A DNA stretch of 64,000 nt from Macrostomum lignano (GCA_002269645.1 NIVC01003679.1:1-64000); one strand, 5' to 3'. Positions 11,704-25,115 are shown, counted from the stretch's first letter. The notes: generated from the letters alone by a model not told the origin. Numbers and translations: made by a program.

Positions 11704-14700
11704 CTACTTGACAGCGCCAGGGAAGTAGGCACTGGTCAGCGACATCTGCCCGGAGGTGGCCGGAGCGCCTGGCGCTGCCGAGGTGCCAGGAGGATGCGGA
11801 GGCGGGATCCTTGAACCGCCATTAGCCAAGCCGCTGCCAGCCGCTGTCCTGTGGAGGTATTTGGAGTCCAGGCCGATTGGCGGCGCGGCTGCAGTGGCAG
11901 CGCTTGCCGTCGCGGCAGCAGAAGCAGCAGAAGACGTCAACGGGACAGCCGGCCTGTAGCTCTGCAGAGCGGCAGGCACCGCGTGGTCGAACTTTTTGGC
12001 GCCCATGCCGGCGCCTGGCGCCGCTGAGCGCGCCTGTGACTCGTTGATTTGCTTATTGAGCCACTGGATCACGTTGTCGTTGGAGCGCAGCAGCTGCTTG
12101 CTCTCTTCCAACTTCTTCTGCAGACTGGAGATCTGGTCCTGCGGGTGGGGACGAGGCGACTTGGGGATTTGGGCCAGTGGCTTTGTAAACAGCGCTTTAA
12201 TCCTATTAATAGGTCTACCTTTTGTAGGTTTGCTACCTGTTGTAGGTTTGCTACCTGTTGTAGGTTTTCTACCTGTTGTAGGTTTGCTACCTGTTGTAGG
12301 TTTGCTACCTGTTGTAGGTTTGCTACCTGTTGTAGGTTTGCTACCTGTTGTAGGTTTGCTACCTGTTGTAGGTTTGCTACCTGTTGTAGGTTTGCTACCT
12401 GTTGTAGGTTTGTTGCCTGTTGTAGATTTGCTACCTGTTGTAGGTTTGCTACCTGTTGTAGGTTTGTTGCCTGTTGTAGATTTGCTACCTGTTGTAGGTT
12501 TTCTACCTGTTGTAGGTTTTCTACCTGTTGTAGGTTTGCTACCTGTTGTAGGTTTTCTACCTTATAGGTTTTACCTGCTATAGGTTTTTTGTATCTTTCA
12601 GATAGGATTTCTAACTCTTAGACCTAGCTGCTACCTGTTACAATCGGATGCTACCTGCTAAGCCAGGATGCTACCTGTTTAGACTCTAATGCTACCTGTA
12701 AGTCTATGATGCTACCTGAGTCTCTCATGTTACCTGTAAGTCTCTCATGCTACCCGTAAGTCTCTTAAGCTACCCGTAAGTCTCTCATGCTACCTGAGTC
12801 TCTGATGCTACCTGAGTCTCTGATGCTACCTGAGTCTCTGATGCTACCTGAGTCTATGATGCTACCTGAGTCTCTCATGTTACCTGTAAGTCTCTCATGC
12901 TACCTGAGTCTATGATGCTACCTGAGTCTCTCATGTTACCTGTAAGTCTCTCATGCTACCTGAGTCTCTCAAGCTACCTGAGTCTCTGATGCTACCTGAG
13001 TATCTCAAGCTACCTGAGTCTCTCAAGCTACCTGAGTCTCTTATGCTACCGGAATCTCTCATGCTACCTGAGTCTCTCATGCTACCTGAGTCTCTCAAGC
13101 TACATGAGTCTCTCATGCTACCTGAGTCTCTCAAGCTACCTGAGTCTCTTAAGCTACCGGAATCTCTCATGCTACCTGAGTCTTTCTAGCTACATGAGTC
13201 TCTCATGCTACCTGAGTCTCTCATGCTACCTGAGTCTCTCATGCTACCTGAGTCTCTCATGCTACCATCATCTCTCATGCTACCTGTAAGTCTATGATGC
13301 TACCCGAGTTTCTCAAGCTACCTGAGTCTCTGATGCTACCTGAGTCTCTCATGCTACCTGTCTCTCATGCTACCTGTTTAGACCCGGTTGCTACCCGTTG
13401 AACACAGATATGAGGCAGAAGCTGCCAATCAGACACCCCGCGAGCAGCTCCACAGCCAGACCTTCAAGTCGGCGATCTCGTCCACCTTCTGCTGCGCCTG
13501 CCGCTCGGCCGACCTGGCCTGCTCCCGAGCGGCCGTCAGCTCCTCCTCCAGTCGGGTGACGGCTTTCTCCTGCTTCACTGCCAGCTGGCTTCGGGACTCC
13601 AACTTCTTCAGCAGCTGGCGCAGCTCGGCCTGCAGCTTCTTGATCACCTCGTTGCCCTTCTCCATCTCGGACACCGTAGCGGACTGCTTCCGCTCCAGAC
13701 CCTCCACCCGCCGCTGCCTGGCCGCCAGATCATCTTCCAGGCGCTTCCGGGCGGCCTTCTCCGTCTCTAAGAGGTCGCCGGTTCTCGCCAGCAGCGCGTC
13801 CTTGTCCTTGAGCTCCTGCTCAAGGACGGCAACACGGGTGGTGAGCTGGTGCACCGCGGCCTCCTGCTCCTGACGGGTGCGGCCAAGGCCGTCCCGGTCG
13901 TGCTTGGCGGCGTCGAGTTCGCGACGCAGCTGCGACTCGGACTGGAGGGGATTTATGGTTAAATCGGTTCAAACAGATCGAATCAAGGTCAAATGGGGTC
14001 ACGCAGGGACTTCTACGATCTATGGTAATCTATCGAAAAGGTCGCTGGCGCAAGTAGTAAGATAAAACTAGCTTAAGGCCAAATGGGGACAAGCAAGGTC
14101 AAATGGGGACAAGTAAGGTCAAATGGGACAAGTAAGGTCAAATAGAACAAGTAAGGTAAAATGGGGACAAGTAAGGTAAAATGGGATCAAGTCACGTTCA
14201 TACATGTATAATTTCAAGCAAGGTCAAATTAGGGCTAAGTAGGATCTAGCTAGTCCAGATTAACCTGATCAGGTAAGGTCAAGTGGGTACCCTATCAAAA
14301 TACTCAAAGGGTCAACTGGGGTCAAGTCAGGTTAGATAGGATTACTAGCCAGACTGAAGTACGGACGAGGCAGAGTAAGTCTGATAGATTAAACCTAGAC
14401 TCAATCACAGAAAAAAGTCGCTAAAATCGATTATCTCAAAGCGGCTCATAATCCGCCAGCTCACCTCTTCCAGTCGCGTCGCACGGGCCGTGGCCTCCTT
14501 GAGCTGAAGCTCCAGCCGGAAGTTCTCCTCTTGCAGGCTCTTGCAGGAGGCAGTCAGCTCGCTGTTCTGAGTCTCCAGCTGCTTCACGATGCGCAGGTGG
14601 GCCTGCTCCAGCTCGCGACGGTCGCGCTCGTATTTGGACTGAAACACCTGCTGGGCCTCCGTGGTCTGCGGGAGGCGGATAATAGGATAAGGGGATTGGG

Positions 14701-17700
14701 GATAAGGGCTTTGTGGGAATCATATGCATAGCAATAAGGGTGGTTATAATTACTGTGATGGACATGATGATGATGATGATGGCCATGATGTTGATGTTGA
14801 TGATGATGATTATGATGAAGATGATGAGGATTCTCATAATGATGATGATTTTGATGATTATTATGTTGATGATTTTAATTATGATGATGATTTTAATGAT
14901 GAGGATGATAACTATATCTGATGATGATGACGATGATGATGGTGATAGTGAAGATGTTGACGATGATGGACCCCACACAAGTTCTATTGAGGCTAAACGA
15001 GGACGCGGAAAAGCTGCGGGACAGCCCAGACTTTGAGGATTCCATGAACGGTGAGACAACGCTCCTCGATCTGCGAAAGGCGTACCCTCGGGTAAACAAA
15101 CCAGCATTGTGGGAACTGCTGAAGCATTACAACATGCCCGACCGCGTCATCGCGAAGCTCCGCGACCTGCACGAGCACACCATGTACAAGGTGATGTGCG
15201 ACAAAGAAGTCAGTACCGGCTTCTTCCCTCAACGAGGCCTCCGAGAAGGCTGCGCTACCTCACCTATACTGTTCAACGTTTACCACCAAGCAATCATCCG
15301 CCTCGCAGAGACGAAACGTGCCGAAAGAGCCACGGCTATCGGACTCGAGCATGGCATACGGTGGACTACACGCTCCGGGCACAGTTTACCACCCAACGTG
15401 TCAACATCTACAACGAAGAAACCACAGAGGTGAACATCTCTATATCGCTGTTCGCGGACGACACGACGATCATTGGCACAAGAGCTGAGTGCCAGCTCGG
15501 CACACAGACCGTAAAGGAAGTGATGGGCACGCTGGAAGAACGCACTAACGACGACAAGGAAGAACATGCGGTCTTAGGAACTGAAGAGGCCAAGAAGATC
15601 CGAATGCTCGGAACCTGGCTGGGAAGAAAAGAAGACCTAGGCCAGAGACTGCAAAGGGGGGCCAGAGCGTGGGCGGGCCTGCGAAACATGCTACGCCGCA
15701 CTCGACTGAGCAAGAGGACCCAAGCCAGAGTGGTCGAGGCCTGCGTTGAGAGCACGATGCTTTTCAACGCCGGAGCGCGCCCTTTCCAAAAAGGAGAAAT
15801 CCGCAAGCTGCAACAAGCAATGGATCGGCGGTATCGAACAATATGGAGTAACAAGTCGAAACCACCACTGATCGAGATGGAGGAACGTGGTGTCAACATG
15901 TGGGACGTACGGTGCGAACTTGAAATACGCAGCATCAATTCAAAGATCGAGTTGGCACACTGGAGAAGAATGGGGCACGTGCTGCGACTGCCGGACAACA
16001 ACACAACCAAAGGTGCGGTGCTAGGATGGAACAAGAACCTCGAAGGCATACGGAAGGCGAAGAAGCGCAAGCAGACCCTCATGAGTTTTTGGAAGAAGTT
16101 AGTGCGGAGTGCAAGAATGGACGAACTCGAGATCGAACGGTTGGTGATGGACCGTGACGGGTGGAGAGAACGGATCAAAGCGCGGGAGAAGGAAGTACTA
16201 TAACAGGAGAATCTCAAAAGGAAGCAAGCCCAAACAGACAACCACCAGATGCAGACGGCAACAGAGATGGAACCGGAGACCGAACTGACGGGATTCCGCT
16301 GCCGTTACGAGGGGTGCCGCAAAACGTGCGCGTCGAGGGGCGGCCTCGCCATCCATCAGCGCCGGATGCACCACCAAGTCGTGAAAGTAGAGCTCCCCTG
16401 CCAGAAGTGCGGAACAAACTTCAGCACGGAGGCCACAAGGAAAAACCACATGAAGTGGTGCCGTGGAGGACAACAAGACGGCAAGACGACGCAATGCACA
16501 GAATGCGGCAAATGGATCAGTAGGACTAACTTTGCCCGTCACAAGAATAGCTGTAAGACGAGACAAGTCAAGCAGGGACGGGTGAAGACCACCACAACTG
16601 AGCAGCAGGACCACCAAACGACCGAAACTGCAGCGCGTATCTACCGGAGCGTCCAGGTACCTTGCCCTTCCTGCGGGAGAATGCTTGCCCGCACGAACAT
16701 GGCGAGACACCGCAGAGTCTGCGAGCAGTAACCATTCGGGTAATCCACGCCGACCGGCGACAAAAGGATAACAAGACAAGACAAGATGTTGATGATGAAG
16801 ATGTTGATGTTGGTGTTGATGATTTGCGGAACACGGCGAAAACAAACGAACCCATGGATGACAGCGCATGTTGAGAAGCTACGCCAACTAAACCTCGAGC
16901 TAGCGAAAGCACTGCACGAAAGAAACAAATGCAGGCAGAAAGAGGAGCAAAACAGAGAAGAGATCGCTCAGTCGGAGCACGAAGTGAGTAGAATCAGGCA
17001 AAAACACAAGAAAAAGCTTGCGAAATGGGAAGAAGAATGGTGGGATAAAATTGCAATCGAATGCAGAACCGCGGCAGATAGAGGCCAGATAGCCGACGTC
17101 ATTAGAGAGGAACTAAGAGACCACATTCGCTTCATATTTGCACAGCGAGCATGGAAGTGGAACGACGACGAAAAACTCGGGATTATCCTCCCATTATACA
17201 AAAAAGGCGACCGCCAAGACCTCAACAACTACCGCGGCATATGTCTCCTGCCCATTGTCAGCCGTATCATCGCGAGAATACTAGCCACGCGCATCCGAGA
17301 TTGGGCAGAGGCGATTGGAATACTGGATGACAGATCGCATGTTTATTTGATCTCAAGAAAGCGTATCCTCGGGTCTGCAAACCTCTCCTCTGGGCATTAC
17401 TAGCAAAATATGAGATGCCCACGAGCTTTATACAAAAATTGCAGGACCTTCATGAATTCACCAACTAAAAAGTCAAAATAAAAAACCAGACTAGCGAAGA
17501 GTGGAAACCAGAGAGAGGATTAAGGGAAGGCTGCCCAACATCCCCGGTGTTATTCAACATCATGCACCAAGCATGCATGCGGAAAGTCGAAGAACACCGG
17601 AAAGCCGCAGCAAAACTACGAAACAGAGACTGTAGGATACCATGGAACTGGTTACCAGGCCACTCACTGCTCCCAAAAAGAGCAAACCAGTACAACTCAG

Positions 17701-20499
17701 AGACAAAACATCACAAGTTCTCAACATCCCTGTTCGCGGATGACACGACTCTGATCGGACAAAGAACAGAAATCAATGAAGGCCTAAACATAGGACTGGA
17801 TGAAGAAGTTTGAATAACAGACGAACGATAACAAACAGGAGATCTTGGTGTTTGGAACGAATTCGAAGGAGGCAAAGTCAGGATGCTAGGCTCATGGTTA
17901 GACAGAAAACACGACATGCAGCAAAGAGTACAGAAGGCAGCGAAAGGGTGGGCATCCATCCGCAAACGCTTCATCAAATGTCGCCTGAACAAAACGACTC
18001 AAGCAAAAGTAGTCGAGGCCTGTGTAGAGAGCATCCTCCTATGTCATGCCAACACTCGGCCTTTCTGAAAATCAGAAACCCAGACACTACAGAAATTCGT
18101 TGACAAGATCTACAGATATATCTGGAGCTCAAAGAGACAAGAACCGTTACGGGAGATGGAAGAACATGGAGTTAACAGTCAGGACATCAGAAACGAACTG
18201 GGAGTGGCTTCGATCAGAGTAAAAGTTGAAAAAGCTCACTTGAGGCGAATAGGCCACATCCTGAGAATGCCAGACGACCGGCAAACTAAAAGAGCTATAC
18301 TCGGGTGGCTCACTCCACTAGAAAACATCCGCAAGAGAAAGAGAAAGAGAGGCAACACCATCGCCTACTGGCAAAAGCTCCTACGAGAAGCCAGACACTA
18401 GAACCATCAACAGTGGAACGACTTGCGCTCGACCGTGAAGCCTGGAAGCACCTGGTCCAAGAACGAATCGAACACACGCAAAACTGGGAAAAACAGCAAG
18501 GCAATCGCAAAGAACAAATCGCGCCCACCAGCCCCCCCCCCCACAACACCGGCAGCAGCAGAACCAAAAGCAGACCACAGACGACAACATACAGATGTGA
18601 ATACCCCGACTGTGGCAAAATCTGCTTGAGCAAGGGAGGGCTGGCCATCCACCAGAAACGGCTGCACAAAGTGTACACTGACCCCGTCGCATTCAATTGC
18701 ACTAAGTGCGAAAAGACATTCCGACAAGAAGCGACACTACTCAACCACAGAAAGACTTGCCAAGGAGAAACAGAAGTGAATGCCAAAACAGCAAGGTGCA
18801 CCAGATGCGATACGATGGTATCGAAATCCAACCTGGTGAGGCATAGGCGAACATGCAGAGGGGCGGCGGCAGTCGAGATCGAAAGTCAAAAGGGAGGAAC
18901 ATCGACGACCACACCGGCGACGGCAACGCTAACGGCGACAACAAGGGCAACAACAAAAGGAGACAGCCAGACGGGTCGGACAGCTGCTAGAAAGTATCGT
19001 GCAGAGACAGCAAAGTGTGAAGATTGAGGTCGGGACTTGTCCAAAACTAATATGGCAAGACACAAACGAACGTGCAGGGGAACGTAGCTATCGGTGTCCC
19101 ATGCCCTTCGGGCGAGAATGGGATGAAGGAGATGATGATAATGATGATGAGGATGATGATGTTGATGATGATGATGATGATGGTTTCCTCGCGGCAAGAA
19201 AAAAGATGTTGATGATTATAATTATGATGTTGATGACTATGATGATTATGATTTTGATTTTGATGATGATGGATTATGATCTATTTTTATTTGCTGCGAT
19301 TGAGATAAATTCCAGAGTTTTGCTAATTCCTGTCAGCATCCAATCCAAAATTGGTGACAGTAAACCAAGACTCTCATCCCCACCTTCTGACGCTCGTAGG
19401 CCAGCTCAGCGGCTGCCTTGGCGGCGGCCTCCTGACTCCGAGTCTCCACATCGGTGCGCAGCCTCTCCAGCTCGGCCGATCGGCCGGCCAGCTGCTCCTG
19501 GCAGCGCTCCAGCCGGCTGCGCAAATCGGCTTCGGTGGCGCTGGCGGCTTTGGCAGCCTGGCCAGAGTCAGTCCGCAGCTTCTTCAGGCAGGCGGCCAGG
19601 TAGTCGCGAACGTCCGCGTCGCTGCCGGCCAGGAAGCGCAGCGACAGGTGGGTCAGGTGCTTGAAGGGGTTCGTCTCCACCACGTTCAGGCACCAGTGAT
19701 CTGGGCCCGGCGACAGCTGGAGAATGTATCTGGGGAGGCCAGTGGGGAAAGGGAGATGTAGGTGGGTCAGGTGGGAGATGCAGGTGGGTCAGGTGGGAGA
19801 TGCAGGTGGGTCAGGTGGGAGATGCAGGTGGGTCAGGTGGGAGATGCAGGTGGGTCAGGTGGGAGATGCAGGTGGGTCAGGTGGGAGATGCAGGTGGGTC
19901 AGGTGGGAGATGCAGGTGGGTCAGGTGGGAGATGCAGGTGGGTCAGGTGGGAGATGCAGGTGGGTCAGGTGGGAGATGCAGGTGGGTCAGGTGGGAGATG
20001 CAGGTGGGTCAGGTGGGAGATGCAGGTGGGTCAGGTGGGAGATGCAGGTGGGTCAGGTGGGAGATGCAGGTGGGTCAGGTGGCAGATGCAGGTGGGTCAG
20101 GTGGCAGATGCAGGTGGGTCAGGTGGCAGATGCAGGTGGGTCAGGTGGCAGATGCAGGTGGGTCAGGTGGGAGATGCAGATGCAGGTGGGTCAGGTGGCA
20201 GATGCATGAGGTGGCACAGGAAGAGATACAGGAAAGACGGGTGTGGGATCTGAGGATCATGGGATTGGGTACAACAGACACAAGCTGCAACCAGAATTTA
20301 AGACAATATGTAATGCATAAGCTGAGAGTGCAACTGGGTGAGCAGATTTCAACAAGGGGTGAAGGAAGTGCAAATATTAACGGCAGCAGAGCACGCACTA
20401 AATCACAAAAAATTCCGACAAACTGTAATCAGTTAAAATATGCAAGAGAATTGTCGGCAGTAAAAAATTGCAACTTCAAGTGTTTAAACACACACAGAG

Positions 20500-20530
<31 letters not shown>

Positions 20531-23485
20531 TAGAGGGAGCGAAAGGAGACGGAGGCAGACGGGCTGGCGAGGCAACTCAGCAAGAATTTAAAGTGCCACG
20601 ATTTAGAGTAGTCAATCAATAGCAGTGGGAGTCAATTGGGCCCCCTCCCCGAACCCATTGGAGCCAGCTGATTTCAGACTGAGCGTTAAATAGCTGCATC
20701 TTGCATTTAGTGCACAAGTAGTAGCACAAATCTCAATTGTCCCCTACAGTACTGTCTCACTCACAATTAGACTCTCACTCACAATTAGACTCTGTCACTC
20801 ACAATTCGACTCTTACTCACAATTAGACTCTCACTCACAATTAGACTCTGTCACTCACAATTCGACTCTCACTCACAATTAGACTCTGTCACTCACAATT
20901 CGACTCTTACTCACAATTAGACTCTCTCACTCACAATTAGACTCTGTCACTCACAATTCGACTCTTACTCACAATTAGACTCTGTCACTCACAATTAGAC
21001 TCTTCACTCACAATTCGACTCTTACTCACAATTAGACTCTCTCACTCACAATTAGACTCTCACTCACAATTAGACTCTCACTCACAATTAGACTCTCTCA
21101 CTCACAATTAGACTCTCACTCACAATTAGACTCTCTCACTCACAATTAGACTCTCACTCACAATTAGACTCTCACTCACAATTAGACTCTCACTCACAAT
21201 TAGACTCTCACTCACAATTAGACTCTCACTCACAATTAGACTCTGTCACTCACAATTCGACTCTTACTCACAATTAGACTCTCTCACTCACAATTAGACT
21301 CTCACTCACAATTAGACTCTCACTCACAATTAGACTCTCACTCACAATTAGACTATCACTCACAATTAGACTCTCACTCACAATTAGACTCTCACTCACA
21401 ATTAGACTCTCACTCACAATTAGACTCTCACTCACAATTAGACTCTCACTCACAATTAGACTCTCACTCACAATTAGACTCTTACTCACAATTAGACTCT
21501 CACTCACAATTAGACTCTCACTCACAATTAGACTCTCTCACTCACAATTAGACTCTCACTCACAATTAGACTCTCTCACTCACAATTAGACTCTCACTCA
21601 CAATTAGACTCTCACTCACAATTAGACTCTCACTCACAATTAGACTCTCACTCACAATTAGACTCTCACTCACAATTAGACTCTCACTCACAATTAGACT
21701 CTCACTCACAATTAGACTCTCACTCACAATTAGACTCTCACTCACAATTAGACTCTTACTCACAATTAGACTCTCACTCACAATTAGACTCTCACTCACA
21801 ATTAGACTCTCACTCACAATTAGACTCTCACTCACAATTAGACTCTCTCACTCACAATTAGACTCTCACTCACAATTAGACTCTCACTCACAATTAGACT
21901 CTCACTCACAATTAGACTCTCACTCACAATTAGACTCTCACTCACAATTAGACTCTCACTCACAATTAGACTCTCACTCACAATTAGACTCTCACTCACA
22001 ATTAGACTCTCACTCACAATTAGACTCTCTCACTCACAATTAGACTCTCACTCACAATTAGACTCTCTCACTCACAATTAGACTCTCACTCACAATTAGA
22101 CTCTCTCACTCACAATTAGACTCTCACTCACAATTAGACTCTCACTCACAATTAGACTCTCACTCACAATTAGACTCTCACTCACAATTAGACTCTCACT
22201 CACAATTAGACTCTCACTCACAATTAGACTCTCACTCACAATTAGACTCTCACTCACAATTAGACTCTCACTCACAATTAGACTCTTACTCACAATTAGA
22301 CTCTCTCACTCACAATTAGACTCTCACTCACAATTAGACTCTCACTCACAATTAGACTCTCACTCACAATTAGACTCACTCACTCACAATTAGACTCTCA
22401 CTCACAATTAGACTCTCACTCACAATTAGACCCTCTCACTCACAATTAGACTCTCACTCACAATTAGACTCTCACTCACAATTCGACTCTTACAATTAGA
22501 CTCTCTCACTCACAATTAGACTCTCCCACTCACAATTAGACTCTCTCACTCACAATTAGACTCTCCCACTCACAATTAGACTTTCTCACTCACAATTAGA
22601 CTCTCTCACTCACAATTAGACTCTCCCACTCACAATTAGACTTTCTCACTCACAATTCGACTCTCACTCACACTCAGACTCCGCGTCAATAAGAAATGAC
22701 TTCCTAACATTTTGCAACAAACTTTCCAAAATCGGCCTTTAAATACAAACCTGGGCGCGTCGCGGCCCTCCTCAGCCTGGCACAGCTGCAGCAGGTCGAT
22801 GAGCTTCTGTGCGAATGCGCCGAAATCCACCAGCAGACCCTGCTGTTGCTTGAGCACCTGTGGAGTACGGGTGTGCGGTGTGCGGCCTGTTAATTTATTG
22901 CTGCATCAATAGACACCAAAATGCACATGTTCGGTGGGGCAAGTCGGAGGCAAGGGGGAGTGAAGCTGGGGCATGCCCGGCAGCGCCAGCAGGGGTGAAT
23001 CACAGCTACAACATGACAGGCAGGACAGCAGTGAGGATTTGCCAGCAGGGGTGAATCACAGCTACAACATGACAGGACAGCAGTGAGGATTTGCCAGCAG
23101 GGGTGAATCACAGCTACAACATGACAGGCAGGACAGCAGGGGTGAATCACAGCTACAACATGACAGGCAGGACAGCAGGGGTGAATCACAGCTACAACAT
23201 GACAGGACAGCAGTGAGGATTTGCCAGCAGGGGTGAATCACAGCTACAACATGACAGGACAGCAGTGAGGATTTTCCGCACCTGAAAGTCGTCCTCTCCC
23301 AGCCGGAGGGTGAAGAGGAACTGCAGGTCGGTCTCATCGGTGAGTCGGATCTGAATCTCCCTGCGCAACAGCGGGGAGGTGAGGGTTACCCGCTCAATAG
23401 CGACCTGAATTCTCGCCATGCGCTCCTCGCGCTCCTTCACGGTGACTCGGTGCTCGCAGCGGTACAGCTGCTCGCTGGAGCCCAT
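11704..23485 (-). CDS. SASS6: Centriole cartwheel protein SAS-6, ~590 aa; exons 23282-23485, 22751-22857, 19384-19729, 14465-14665, 13462-13941, 11704-12138
   Basis: Head-domain motifs [37 protein letters not shown] and [16 protein letters not shown]; coiled coil with [13 protein letters not shown] and [20 protein letters not shown]; C-terminal GLDSKYL and SAYFPG. All junctions are GT-AG with consistent phases (0,2,0,0,0). Confidence 0.96.
12215..12575. repeat. 18-bp minisatellite TTTGCTACCTGTTGTAGG in SAS-6 intron 5
   Basis: About 20 near-perfect units. Confidence 0.95.
12660..13375. repeat. 18-bp minisatellite CTACCTGAGTCTCTCATG in SAS-6 intron 5
   Basis: About 40 degenerate units sharing the GCTACCTG core with the neighbouring array. 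Confidence 0.93.
14075..14205. repeat. ~20-bp AAATGGGGACAAGTAAGGTC repeats in SAS-6 intron 4
   Basis: About 6 degenerate units. Confidence 0.75.
14750..14970. repeat. Degenerate (GAT)n microsatellite
   Basis: GATGATGAT runs; similar runs at 16790-16825 and 19125-19285 flank the RTE-like elements. Confidence 0.92.
14970..16790 (+). mobile_element. 5'-truncated, decayed RTE-like LINE (RT plus C-terminal zinc fingers)
   Basis: RT motifs [23 protein letters not shown] and FADDT; RTE-type [10 protein letters not shown]. One frameshift, and an in-frame TAA at 16201-16203 before four zinc-finger-like motifs (16249-16731). (CAAGA)n tail. Confidence 0.85.
16830..19125 (+). mobile_element. Second decayed RTE-like LINE, related family
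   Basis: [61 protein letters not shown] and zinc fingers from CEYPDC onward; several stops, frameshifts and deletions. Confidence 0.85.
19760..20205. repeat. 22-bp minisatellite GGTGGGTCAGGTGGGAGATGCA at the acceptor end of SAS-6 intron 2
   Basis: About 20 near-identical units starting 30 bp from the acceptor. Confidence 0.96.
20755..22680. repeat. 18-bp minisatellite CTCACTCACAATTAGACT at the donor end of SAS-6 intron 2 (~100 units)
   Basis: Highly homogeneous array; source of the spurious SESLIV ORFs. Confidence 0.97.
22985..23272. repeat. ~52-bp minisatellite in SAS-6 intron 1
   Basis: Unit GATTTGCCAGCAGGGGTGAATCACAGCTACAACATGACAGGACAGCAGTGAG plus shorter variants. Confidence 0.92.
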
Positions 23486-24400
23486 GGCGCGGCCTGAGCA
23501 GAGACTCGGACAGGTGTGAAGGCTCGGCTATGCTGAGTTGGCTGCGATTTCAACTCGGCAGTCAGAGTCAGAGGCCGGTCGCCGAGTTGAGCAGCAAGTT
23601 ACAAATGAACTGAGTCTGCTCTGGGCATTCTAGAAGCCACCATTTTTATCTTTGTTGAGTAAAACAAACACATTCTCTGCCTAAAATTGGTTACAAATTA
23701 CAAATAACATTGAAGTGAAAAGCACACCAAGGACACACATAAGATGCTGATCTGACAAAATCGGACAAAATCAAAAGCATATCATATGCATCCATGCTTA
23801 TTATAATTCATTGTTGAAAAAGGAAAAAAATATTAATTTAAAAAACTCACAAGAACATAAAACTTATACCAAATACATAATTGGAATAGATTAAAAAACC
23901 CACAGCTACCACTAACACTATGTGTATGATTTATTCATGGACTTTTTGTATATATCTATTTACTAAATAAATATCATTATAAAATTTAAGCCAAGAAGAA
24001 ATCAGCTTAAGATGCTAACCAACTACCCTAGCTATGCTTTTGGGGGCATAATTGAAGGCATAGAAATATTAGCATTTAACGAGTTTAATTTCAAAGGATT
24101 TAAGGGATTCAAGTTTGGTTAAACTTAATAGTACTTATTAGGACAATAGTCTTGAACTAGATAGTTTCTATTTTCAAATTTAATATATCACAAAGCCTAT
24201 CTGGCTCAGGTTATTTGGAAGTTAATGATAACAATCTAAGCTATTTAATATTTTTCTCTTAGCCCCTTAGATACTGATAGATTAAATCCTATATACTAAA
24301 AATGAGTTGTCTGTATATATATCTAGATACCATTTAAATACCTAGATCTCCAACTATATCATTTGGCACAATAGGCATAGGCTCAAGTCGTGTTGAAGGT

Positions 24401-25115
24401 TAGGGTCATTTCAACAAAAAGTCATTTTGGCAACAGACATTTCAGAGAAAAGCTATAGCAAATATATAATAATATTTTTGTTATAACCTTTGAGTATCTT
24501 ATTTTTAGCTTTGATATTTTAGGTTTTTTAGGTCAAATAGAAAATAACTTTATTTTGCTATAGGAAATGAGGCCCAAGTAGAGTAAACTTATTTTGAGCA
24601 CTTGTATGCTATAGAGTATTTGCAAGGTTTAGGTCTTCATCTCAATTCTTTAGGCTTAGTAGCCCAGCTACAAAATAAACAAGTTAAGGTAATTGCAATG
24701 GACTAAGACTGGAGCTAGCTGCTCATGGAATATAATGTTTAATAGAATAATAAGAACAAGTTGTGTTTATTAATTGTGTTACATCAAGAAGCATAACATA
24801 GGCCTATATAATAAAAAATAATATATAAAGGAATAGCAATTTGTTTGTTCTTTTTGATTAATAAATAGTACAATCTGCTTAAGCACTATTGGTATATTAT
24901 GATTGTGTTACCTAATACTATTCATTTAATTTGTATAATATATACATTATAGGCCTAATGATACATTTTTATATAAGTTTTTTATGTTTTATATATTTTA
25001 TATATTTAAAATAAGTTTATATATTTATACAAAATACTTAAATATTTATTGTGTCAAAAAAGCTTTTTGCTGAAACATATTGCCAAAATAGTTTTTTGCT
25101 AAAATGAAGTTTCTA
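24401..25115. mobile_element. Decayed inverted-repeat element (old MITE-like)
   Basis: 24401-24455 aligns to the reverse complement of 25061-25115 (TCATTT.A.CAAAAA...ATTTTGGCAA...TTTCAG..AAAAGCT). Confidence 0.55.

Noticed and set aside
11996-22293. Repetitive ORFs ([26 protein letters not shown], poly-D/I/M)
   Set aside because: All coincide with intronic mini- or microsatellites of SAS-6.
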